NCBI GenBank assembly: GCA_964393495.1
Contig: CAYMUD010000004.1
Span: 6,472-30,471 of the forward strand
From: an uncultured Clostridia bacterium
GTDB taxonomy: Bacteria > Bacillota > Clostridia > Tissierellales > Dethiosulfatibacteraceae
DNA: 24,000 bases
Reading direction: 5' to 3'
The notes below the pieces were generated by a model. The model searched no databases and was not told the DNA's origin. It saw only the letters and a program-made list of their open reading frames with translations. Below, one piece after another: positions 17,126 to 24,000 of the stretch. Numbering within the stretch: position 1 is the first letter of the stretch; each line of letters begins with the position of its first letter. Both the position numbers and the translations under genes were made by a program.

Positions 17126-17206
17126 GTAATTTTAGCATTTGCTATGTTTATCGATTCCTCTACGATTTGCAAAGTGAATGGTGAATAAATAAATGGAGGT
17201 AATAAA
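17126..17206 (+). promoter_or_regulatory. rpsO 5' leader; candidate S15 autoregulatory structure
   Basis: This is an ~80-nt leader. TTTGC (17138-17142) pairs with GCAAA (17169-17173) and encloses the hairpin ATCG/CGAT (17150-17166). That hairpin's loop CCTCT (17157-17161) is complementary to the SD GGAGG (17195-17199). Structures were folded by eye only. Confidence 0.3.
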
Positions 17207-17476
17207 ATGACTTTATCAAAAGAAAAAAAATCAGAGATTATTGAAGAGTACAAAATTAATGAGGGAGATACAGGATCTCCAGAAGTTCAAATAGCGATAT
17301 TAACCTATAGAATAAATAGCTTAACTGAACATCTTAAAGAAAACAAAAAAGACCATCACTCAAGAAGAGGTTTGTTAAGAATGGTAGGAAAAAGAAGAGG
17401 TTTATTGAAGTACTTAAAAAACAAAGATATAGAAAGATACAGAACATTAATTGAAAAACTTGGATTAAGAAGGTAA
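17207..17476 (+). CDS. rpsO: 30S ribosomal protein S15
   Basis: 89 aa with [51 protein letters not shown]...LGLRR, an essentially invariant S15 sequence. Confidence 0.98.
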   Translation: MTLSKEKKSEIIEEYKINEGDTGSPEVQIAILTYRINSLTEHLKENKKDHHSRRGLLRMVGKRRGLLKYLKNKDIERYRTLIEKLGLRR

Positions 17477-17478
17477 AT

Positions 17479-17507
17479 AGAGCGGCTTAGACCGCTCTCT
17501 TGTTTAT
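17479..17507 (+). terminator. rpsO terminator / rpsO-pnp intercistronic hairpin
   Basis: The stem is AGAGCGG / CCGCTCT with a CTTAGA loop (17479-17498), followed by CTTGTTTAT. The pnp SD AGAGGAGGA begins at 17511. Confidence 0.7.
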
Positions 17508-17523
17508 AAAAGAGGAGGAAAAA

Positions 17524-19632
17524 ATGGAAAAAATTTACAAATATAATCTAGCGGGTAAAGAGTTAGAAGTAACCTTTGGTAAATTAGCAGAACAAACTAA
17601 TGGATCTTGTTTAGTAAAGTACGGTGAAACGATAGTTCTTGTTACTGCGACAATGTCAAGCAAACCAAGAGAGGGAATGAACTTTTTTCCACTGAGTGTA
17701 GATTATGAAGAAAAGTTATATTCAGTTGGTAAAATACCTGGAGGATTTATCAAAAGAGAAGGCCGTCCTAGCGAAAAAGCTATATTAACTTGCAGATTGA
17801 TAGACAGACCTTTAAGACCATTGTTTAATAACAATATAAGAAATGACGTTCAAATAATAATAACTGTTTTATCTGTAGAGCAAGATTGTTCTCCTGAAAT
17901 TGCAGGAATGATAGGTTCATCTTTGGCTTTAACTGTTTCAGATATACCTTTTAACGGACCTACAGGTTCTGTTTCAGTTGGTTATGTTGATGGAGAATAT
18001 ATTATTAATCCTACAGTTGAACAAAAAGAAAAATCATCTTTAGACTTAATTGTTGCTGGTACTGAAGAAGCAATCATGATGGTAGAAGCAGGTGGAGAAG
18101 AGGTAAGTGAAGATGTTATGCTTGATGGTATTTTATTTGCTCATGAAGAAATAAAGAAAATATGCAAGTTCATCAAGGATATAAGAGAAGAAATAGGAAA
18201 AGAAAAAATTGAATTAAAATACTTTGTACCAGACGAAGATATAAAAAAAGAAATTATAGAAGAGTATTCAAACAAATACTCTAAAGCAAATGAAATTGAA
18301 GATGCTGATGAAAGAAGTGAAAAATTCGTAGAAATAGAAGAAGAAATCACTGAAAAATATTTAGATAAATATCCAGAGAGTGGCAAAGATATTGAAGACA
18401 GTATATATTCAATGAAAAAAGAATTTGTTAGAAAAAATATTTTAGAAAAAAGTATAAGGCCTGACAATAGAAAAACAGATGAAATTAGAAAAATAACTTG
18501 TGAAACAAATTTGTTGCCTAGAGCTCATGGATCAGGATTATTTACAAGAGGAAAAACTCAAGTAATGACTATAGCAACTTTAGGAGTTACAAGAGACGAA
18601 CAAATAATTGATGGTATTACTGATGAAGAAAACAAAAGATATATGCATCATTACAACTTCCCTAACTTTAGTGTAGGTGAAACTGGTCCAATGAGAGGTC
18701 CAGGAAGAAGAGAAATTGGACATGGAGCCTTAGCTGAAAAAGCTCTTAAGCCTATGATACCGTCAAAAGAGGAATTTCCTTACACAATAAGATTGGTATC
18801 AGAAGTTTTAAGTTCAAATGGATCTACTTCTCAAGCAAGTGTTTGTGGTAGTTCTATGTCTTTAATGGACGCAGGCGTACCTATCAAAAAGCCTGTAGCT
18901 GGTATTGCCATGGGACTTATGAAAGATGGAGAAAATGTTAAGGTATTAACTGACATTCAAGGACTAGAAGACTTCCTGGGAGATATGGATTTCAAGGTTG
19001 CAGGAACAAAAGATGGTATAACTGCAGTTCAAATGGACATAAAAATTGGAGGTATAGATAAAACTGTACTTAAAAAGGCATTAGAACAAGCAAGAGTTGG
19101 ACGTTTATTTATACTAGATAAAATGAATGCTTGTATAGATAAGCCTAACGAGGAATTGTCTAGTTATGCACCAAAATTAATTAGAATGCAGATAGACCCA
19201 GGTAAAATAAAGGATGTTATAGGTTCAGGCGGAAAGACTATAAATAAGATTATAGATGAAGCTAACGTTAAAATTGATATAGAAGATGATGGAACAGTAA
19301 TAATAGCAGCAGAAAATCAAATTGATGGTGAAAATGCTAAGGGAATGATTGAAAGAATAATCAAAGATGTTGAAATAGGAGACATATACTTAGGTAAGGT
19401 AGTAAGAATAAAGCCCTTTGGAGCATTTGTTGAAGTAACAGATGGAAAAGACGGTTTGCTTCATATATCAAAAATATCTGACAAAAGAATTAAAAAAGTT
19501 GAAGATGTCCTTAGTGAAGGCGATGACGTATTAGTTAAGGTTATAGGAATAGATGACCAAGGAAGAATTAGCCTTTCGAGACAAGCAGCTTTAGAAGAAA
19601 AAGAAAAGGAAAATGATGATAAAAAAGAATAA
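17524..19632 (+). CDS. pnp: Polyribonucleotide nucleotidyltransferase (PNPase)
   Basis: It has two RNase PH domains (RPLRPLF), a KH domain ([13 protein letters not shown]) and an S1 domain ([20 protein letters not shown]). I prefer ATG 17524, 4 nt after AGAGGAGGA. The track's TTG at 17500 directly abuts the 3' end of the terminator hairpin (17479-17498) and has no SD upstream. Confidence 0.97.
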   Translation: MEKIYKYNLAGKELEVTFGKLAEQTNGSCLVKYGETIVLVTATMSSKPREGMNFFPLSVDYEEKLYSVGKIPGGFIKREGRPSEKAILTCRLIDRPLRPLFNNNIRNDVQIIITVLSVEQDCSPEIAGMIGSSLALTVSDIPFNGPTGSVSVGYVDGEYIINPTVEQKEKSSLDLIVAGTEEAIMMVEAGGEEVSEDVMLDGILFAHEEIKKICKFIKDIREEIGKEKIELKYFVPDEDIKKEIIEEYSNKYSKANEIEDADERSEKFVEIEEEITEKYLDKYPESGKDIEDSIYSMKKEFVRKNILEKSIRPDNRKTDEIRKITCETNLLPRAHGSGLFTRGKTQVMTIATLGVTRDEQIIDGITDEENKRYMHHYNFPNFSVGETGPMRGPGRREIGHGALAEKALKPMIPSKEEFPYTIRLVSEVLSSNGSTSQASVCGSSMSLMDAGVPIKKPVAGIAMGLMKDGENVKVLTDIQGLEDFLGDMDFKVAGTKDGITAVQMDIKIGGIDKTVLKKALEQARVGRLFILDKMNACIDKPNEELSSYAPKLIRMQIDPGKIKDVIGSGGKTINKIIDEANVKIDIEDDGTVIIAAENQIDGENAKGMIERIIKDVEIGDIYLGKVVRIKPFGAFVEVTDGKDGLLHISKISDKRIKKVEDVLSEGDDVLVKVIGIDDQGRISLSRQAALEEKEKENDDKKE

Positions 19633-19655
19633 CTCACTTAAACTAGGAGGCATAT

Positions 19656-20918
19656 ATGATTCATAGTTTTAAGCTGGATAACGGATTAAGAGTTGTTTTC
19701 GAAAAAATTAATTATGTAAAGTCGGTATCTATAGGATTATGGGTAGGTGCTGGCTCTACCTTTGAAAACGATGAAAATAATGGGGTTTCTCATTTTATAG
19801 AACATATGCTATTTAAAGGTACTAAGAACAGATCAGCAAGTCAAATAGCAGAAGAAATTGATGGTATTGGAGGACAAATAAATGCCTTTACCAGCAAAGA
19901 GTCAACTTGTTTTTACTCTAAAGTAACTGCTGAAAAATTCGAAGTATCTATGGAGATACTTTCAGATATGATATTTAATTCAATTATATCAGAAGAATCT
20001 ATCCATAAAGAAAAGAAGGTAATAGAAGAAGAAATTAAAATGTATGATGATTCTCCAGAAGAATTTGCCCATGATTTACTATCTAAAATTGCATTTCAAA
20101 ACAAGCCATTGTCTATGCCGATACTAGGAAGAAAAGAGACACTGGAAAATATTAACCGGAAGGTAATTACTGACTACTTAGAAAAAAGATATACTGGACC
20201 AAACACTGTTATTTCAATAGTTGGAAATGTAGAGCCTTCATTGGTTGAAAAAACTGTAAAAAAATATTTTAATGGATTCCCAAGTAGCAATGGTTTTAAA
20301 GATAAAGATATAAAATATGAATTCAGTAGAAAAATAAAAGGTGTTAATAAAGATATAGAACAGCTTCATTTTTGTTTGGGAACTGAAGGATTTGAAAGAG
20401 ACAATAAAAGTTACTATACCTTAAATATTTTGAATAATATTCTAGGTGGAAGTATGAGTTCAAGACTCTTTCAAAATATTAGAGAAAAACAAGGATTAGT
20501 ATACTCAATTTATTCCTTTAACTCTTGTTACAAAGAGACAGGTTTATTTGGAATCTATTCGGCTATAAATACAGAATCAGTTGAAAAGTCAACTAATCTA
20601 ATAAAAAAAGAAATAGAAAAGATAAAAAATGGGGATATAAGGAAACATGAGTTTGATAGAGCTAGATCTCAGATGAAGGGCAACTATATTCTTAGCCTTG
20701 AAAATACATCAAGTAGAATGACAATTTTAGGAAGAAGAGAACTCCTATACAATGAAACCATAACCCCAGAAAGCATAATAGATAAAATTGAAAATGTTAA
20801 GTATGAAGATGTAATGAATTCAATAAATTATATTTTTGATTCTAAAAAATACAATATTGCTTATATAGGAAATCTAGAAAAGCATAAGCATGTTGAAAAA
20901 ATTTTAAATGACTTTTAG
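19656..20918 (+). CDS. M16 (insulinase/pitrilysin) family zinc peptidase
   Basis: 420 aa with the inverted zinc motif HFIEH followed by MLFKGT. SD TAGGAGG. Its position after pnp matches ymxG/mlpA-like genes of Firmicutes. Confidence 0.9.
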   Translation: MIHSFKLDNGLRVVFEKINYVKSVSIGLWVGAGSTFENDENNGVSHFIEHMLFKGTKNRSASQIAEEIDGIGGQINAFTSKESTCFYSKVTAEKFEVSMEILSDMIFNSIISEESIHKEKKVIEEEIKMYDDSPEEFAHDLLSKIAFQNKPLSMPILGRKETLENINRKVITDYLEKRYTGPNTVISIVGNVEPSLVEKTVKKYFNGFPSSNGFKDKDIKYEFSRKIKGVNKDIEQLHFCLGTEGFERDNKSYYTLNILNNILGGSMSSRLFQNIREKQGLVYSIYSFNSCYKETGLFGIYSAINTESVEKSTNLIKKEIEKIKNGDIRKHEFDRARSQMKGNYILSLENTSSRMTILGRRELLYNETITPESIIDKIENVKYEDVMNSINYIFDSKKYNIAYIGNLEKHKHVEKILNDF

Positions 20919-20927
20919 GAGAGATTT

Positions 20928-21362
20928 ATGGAAGTGAAAATTTTAAAAAAAAATAGTTTTAAAATGCCTGAATATAAAACAGAAGGATCTTCAGGAATTG
21001 ATCTAAGATGTAATAGTGAAGATTCTATTGAGCTAATACCTTTAGAAAGAAAACTAATACCTACAGGAATATTCATGGAAATACCTATAGGTTACGAAGC
21101 TCAAGTTAGAGCTAGAAGTGGACTAGCTATTAAAAACGGTATAAGTTTAGTAAATGGAATTGGGACTATAGATAGTGATTATCGTGGAGAAATTAAGGTT
21201 ATACTAATTAATCTTAGTAAAGAAATTTTTAAAATAAATCCAGGAGATAGAATAGCCCAAGTAGTTTTTCAAAAAATAGAAAGAGCAAATATTGTTAAGG
21301 TAGAAGAAATCAATAAAACTGAAAGAGGTACAGGAGGCTTTGGCCATACTGGAATTAAATAA
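20928..21362 (+). CDS. dut: dUTP diphosphatase
   Basis: 144 aa with motifs GIDLR, ARSGLA, GTIDSDYRGEI and the C-terminal RGTGGFGHTG. Confidence 0.95.
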   Translation: MEVKILKKNSFKMPEYKTEGSSGIDLRCNSEDSIELIPLERKLIPTGIFMEIPIGYEAQVRARSGLAIKNGISLVNGIGTIDSDYRGEIKVILINLSKEIFKINPGDRIAQVVFQKIERANIVKVEEINKTERGTGGFGHTGIK

Positions 21363-21393
21363 CCTATTTGATAATCAAATAGGTTTTATTTAT
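21361..21393 (+). terminator. Intrinsic terminator after dut
   Basis: A perfect 11-bp stem AACCTATTTGA / TCAAATAGGTT with a TAA loop (21361-21385), followed by TTATTTAT. Confidence 0.8.
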
Positions 21394-21424
21394 GTTATGA
21401 TTTGTTTTATACAATTAATTTTTA

Positions 21425-21433
21425 TGATATAAT
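21425..21433 (+). promoter_or_regulatory. Candidate extended -10 promoter element for ftsK
   Basis: TGATATAAT lies between the dut terminator and the ftsK SD GGAGG (21476-21480). There is no good -35 (TTTTAT at 17-nt spacing). A promoter is expected somewhere in this 90-nt gap. Confidence 0.35.
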
Positions 21434-21486
21434 TCTATTATATTGAACTGTAAAAATATAAATTAAAATCTGTTTGGAGGTTTACA

Positions 21487-23775
21487 TTGGCCAAAAAGAA
21501 AAACAAAAATAAAAAAAACATCAAAAAAAATGAAAAGATAAAATCTGAAATTATAGGGATTATCTTTATAGCTATAGGAATTATGCTTTTCTTAAGTCAA
21601 AAATACGAATCTGGTGTTATAGGAAACTACATAAAACACATATTAATTAACCTAACGGGAAGTGCTTTCATCACACTGCCTTATATTATGATTGCTTTAG
21701 GTGGATTCTACCTTTTGGGTATGATAAATAAAGAAAGAAAGAACAAAAGTATAATTTTATTTATAATTTTTTTAAGTTATTTAGGACTCATATCTATAAT
21801 ACCGGAAAACTTGGTCGATAATTTTACTGATATTAAAGAGATTATAGAGACCATAGGAGAAAATAATAATCTTATATTTTTAAATGGAGGCGGTATTATA
21901 GGAGGATTATTATCCTACACTTTGTCTAAACTCTTTGGATATATGGGTACCATAGTGATATTGATAACTATAGTCCTTATCAGTATAATATCTATTACTA
22001 AAAAGAGCATTTTAAATATGATTAAAAAGTTTTTTATTTTTATATTTAAAGTTGTAAAAAGTATGTTCAAAGGGCTTACTAATTCAGCTAAAAATGGTAA
22101 AAAAACAGAAAAAAGAAAATCCAAAAAAATAAAAAAAGCTACTAAAAACAATAAAGATACAAAAAAGGAAAACTACTCTATAAAAAATTATAATGAAGCC
22201 AAAAAAAATACTAGAGATAAGAAAAAAGATGTCTTAAACATATCTATAGACAAAAAAACTAATGAAAATAAAACTTATAAAGAAAACAATAAACAACAAA
22301 AAATTGATAAAGTAGAACCTATGATTAAAATGAAAAAAAATAAAAATACTAAATATAAACTTCCTCCAACTAGCTTATTGACTACTTTAAATAATGATAA
22401 TAAAGGTAGTGAAAAGAAAGAAATAATGGAAGGCGCAGAGATTTTAATTAAAACACTTAAAAATTTTGGTATAGATTGTAAATTAATTCAAATTAACAGA
22501 GGCCCTAGAATAACAAGATATGAACTACAACCAGCACCAGGAGTTAAAGTAAGTAAAATCACAAACCTTTCAAAAGATATAGCTTTAAGTTTGGCTAAAT
22601 CTGATCTAAGAATTGAAGCACCAATACCTGGTAAAGCAGCTGTAGGAATAGAAGTTCCGAATAAAAACATGTCTAATGTTACATTAAAAGAAATAATAGA
22701 ATCTGATGAATACCAAGATAATTACTACGATATTCCATTTGCTATAGGAAAAGATATAGCAGGACAAAATATTATTTCAGATATATCAAGCATGCCTCAT
22801 TTGTTAATAGCTGGTGCAACAGGCTCTGGTAAAAGTGTGTGTGTAAATTCTTTGATTTTAAGTGCTTTATTTAAGCTTACATCTGATGATTTAAAAATGA
22901 TATTAATTGACCCTAAAGTAGTAGAATTAAATATATATAACGGAATACCTCATCTATTAGTACCAGTTGTAACAGATGTAAATAAAGCAGCTCAAGCATT
23001 AAATTGGGCTGTTCAAGAAATGAGTAATAGATATGATTTGTTTGCAAAAAGAAATGTTAGAGACATAGATTCCTACAATAATAAAGAAAAAGAAGATAAG
23101 TTACCTAAAATTTTAATTGTAATTGACGAACTTGCAGATCTTATGGCTGCATCACCTAAGGAAGTAGAAGACAGTATAACTAGATTAGCCCAGTTAGCAA
23201 GGGCAGCGGGCATTCACTTGGTAATAGCTACTCAAAGACCATCTGTAGACGTTATAACCGGGACTATAAAGGCTAATATTCCAACTAGAATTGCTTTCTC
23301 TGTATCCTCTTATGTTGATTCAAGGACCATATTAGATACAAGTGGTGCGGAAAAACTATTAGGCAAAGGAGATATGCTTTACTCACCAGTAGGATATTCA
23401 AAGTTTATTAGAGTACAAGGATCCTTTGTGGGAGATGAAGATGTAAAAAAAGTTATTGAATTTTTAAAAGAAAGTAATAGTAATATTGAAAATAAAGAAA
23501 GTAAAGAAGAAAATCTAGTAGAAATAGATTTAGAAAAAGAACCTGTAGATGATAAGTACGACGATTATATTAAGGATGCAGTAGAGGTAATACTTGGCGA
23601 AGGACATGCTTCAGTTTCTCTAATGCAGCGTAAGTTAAGCGTAGGATATGCTAGGGCAGCTAGAATAATAGATCAATTAGAAGAATTAGGCGTAGTAGAA
23701 GGACATGTAGGTAGCAAGGCGAGGAATATAATTATGAATGAAGGAGAAATAAAAAATCTCGAAATATACCATTAG
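21487..23775 (+). CDS. ftsK: DNA translocase FtsK/SpoIIIE
   Basis: 762 aa with a TTG start 6 nt after GGAGG. It has N-terminal TM helices and a K/N-rich linker. Motor motifs are Walker A GATGSGKS and Walker B LIVIDELADLM. The C-terminal gamma winged-helix is LMQRKLSVGYARAARIIDQLEELGVV. Confidence 0.95.
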   Translation: MAKKKNKNKKNIKKNEKIKSEIIGIIFIAIGIMLFLSQKYESGVIGNYIKHILINLTGSAFITLPYIMIALGGFYLLGMINKERKNKSIILFIIFLSYLGLISIIPENLVDNFTDIKEIIETIGENNNLIFLNGGGIIGGLLSYTLSKLFGYMGTIVILITIVLISIISITKKSILNMIKKFFIFIFKVVKSMFKGLTNSAKNGKKTEKRKSKKIKKATKNNKDTKKENYSIKNYNEAKKNTRDKKKDVLNISIDKKTNENKTYKENNKQQKIDKVEPMIKMKKNKNTKYKLPPTSLLTTLNNDNKGSEKKEIMEGAEILIKTLKNFGIDCKLIQINRGPRITRYELQPAPGVKVSKITNLSKDIALSLAKSDLRIEAPIPGKAAVGIEVPNKNMSNVTLKEIIESDEYQDNYYDIPFAIGKDIAGQNIISDISSMPHLLIAGATGSGKSVCVNSLILSALFKLTSDDLKMILIDPKVVELNIYNGIPHLLVPVVTDVNKAAQALNWAVQEMSNRYDLFAKRNVRDIDSYNNKEKEDKLPKILIVIDELADLMAASPKEVEDSITRLAQLARAAGIHLVIATQRPSVDVITGTIKANIPTRIAFSVSSYVDSRTILDTSGAEKLLGKGDMLYSPVGYSKFIRVQGSFVGDEDVKKVIEFLKESNSNIENKESKEENLVEIDLEKEPVDDKYDDYIKDAVEVILGEGHASVSLMQRKLSVGYARAARIIDQLEELGVVEGHVGSKARNIIMNEGEIKNLEIYH

Positions 23776-23783
23776 GGGGAAAT

Positions 23784-24000
23784 ATGAATAAATTCCATAT
23801 AATAACATTAGGATGTTCAAAGAATATAGTAGATTCTGAATTTATAAGTAAAAAATTAAAAAATAAAAATTTAACATATTCAGATAATTTGTATGACTCA
23901 GATATTGTCATAATAAACTCTTGTACTTTTATTGAAGATGCAAAAGAAGAATCTATAGATACTATTTTTGATATAGCTAACTTAAAAAAACAAGGAATAG
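23784..24000 (+). CDS. rimO: Radical-SAM methylthiotransferase, RimO-like, N-terminal fragment (continues past the window)
   Basis: Not in the ORF track. My own translation from ATG 23784 (SD AGGGGGA) gives MNKFHIITLGCSKNIVDSEFISKKL...DIVIINSCTFIEDAKEESIDTIF. The LGC.KN.VDSE and N.C.FI..AK.ES pattern is that of the MTTase N-terminal domain. The ftsK-rimO order is common in clostridia. Confidence 0.8.
   Translation, partial: MNKFHIITLGCSKNIVDSEFISKKLKNKNLTYSDNLYDSDIVIINSCTFIEDAKEESIDTIFDIANLKKQGI

Noticed and set aside
17500-17523. The ORF-track start of pnp at TTG 17500 ([13 protein letters not shown]...).
   Set aside because: The codon directly abuts the 3' end of the rpsO terminator hairpin (17479-17498) and has no SD upstream. 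ATG 17524 follows a strong AGAGGAGGA, and the protein then begins like other PNPases.
1-24000. Searched the whole window for a novel multi-gene system: defence, toxin-antitoxin, mobile element, CRISPR, biosynthetic cluster, or a compositional island.
   Set aside because: Every sizeable ORF is a recognisable housekeeping gene in canonical Firmicutes order on one strand. Intergenic gaps are at most ~125 nt. I saw no repeat arrays, no integrase or transposase, no tRNA attachment site and no composition shift.

Overview
This window looks like ordinary, strongly conserved core genome from a very AT-rich, PolC-type (Firmicutes-like, probably clostridial or Tissierellia-like) bacterium. About 23 genes sit tightly packed on the + strand in the classic order: tsf (3' end), pyrH, frr, uppS, cdsA, rseP, ispG, polC, rimP, nusA, ylxR, ylxQ, infB, rbfA, nrnA, truB, ribF, rpsO, pnp, M16 peptidase, dut, ftsK, rimO (5' end). 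Nearly every product is identifiable from textbook motifs in the supplied translations. I found no tRNA or rRNA genes, no CRISPR array, no transposase, integrase or phage genes, no defence-type genes, and no compositional island. I therefore do not see a novel multi-gene system here, and I will not invent one. What merits a second look is small-scale and mostly regulatory. (1) An unexplained ~200-nt stretch between frr and uppS holds either an SD-less 78-aa ORF or a leader RNA. It ends in a terminator that directly abuts the uppS RBS. (2) A near-consensus promoter followed by a terminator-like hairpin with a broken U-tract lies upstream of rimP-nusA, which fits a NusA autoregulatory attenuator. 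(3) ribF has an intact FAD-synthetase half but a truncated, motif-less riboflavin-kinase half. (4) dxr is missing from its usual slot between cdsA and rseP, although ispG is present. (5) There are hairpins or palindromes at the tsf/pyrH, ispG/polC and rpsO/pnp junctions. (6) The rpsO leader carries an anti-SD loop, and its promoter spacer contains an A13 tract. All minus-strand ORFs in the track are judged antisense artefacts.
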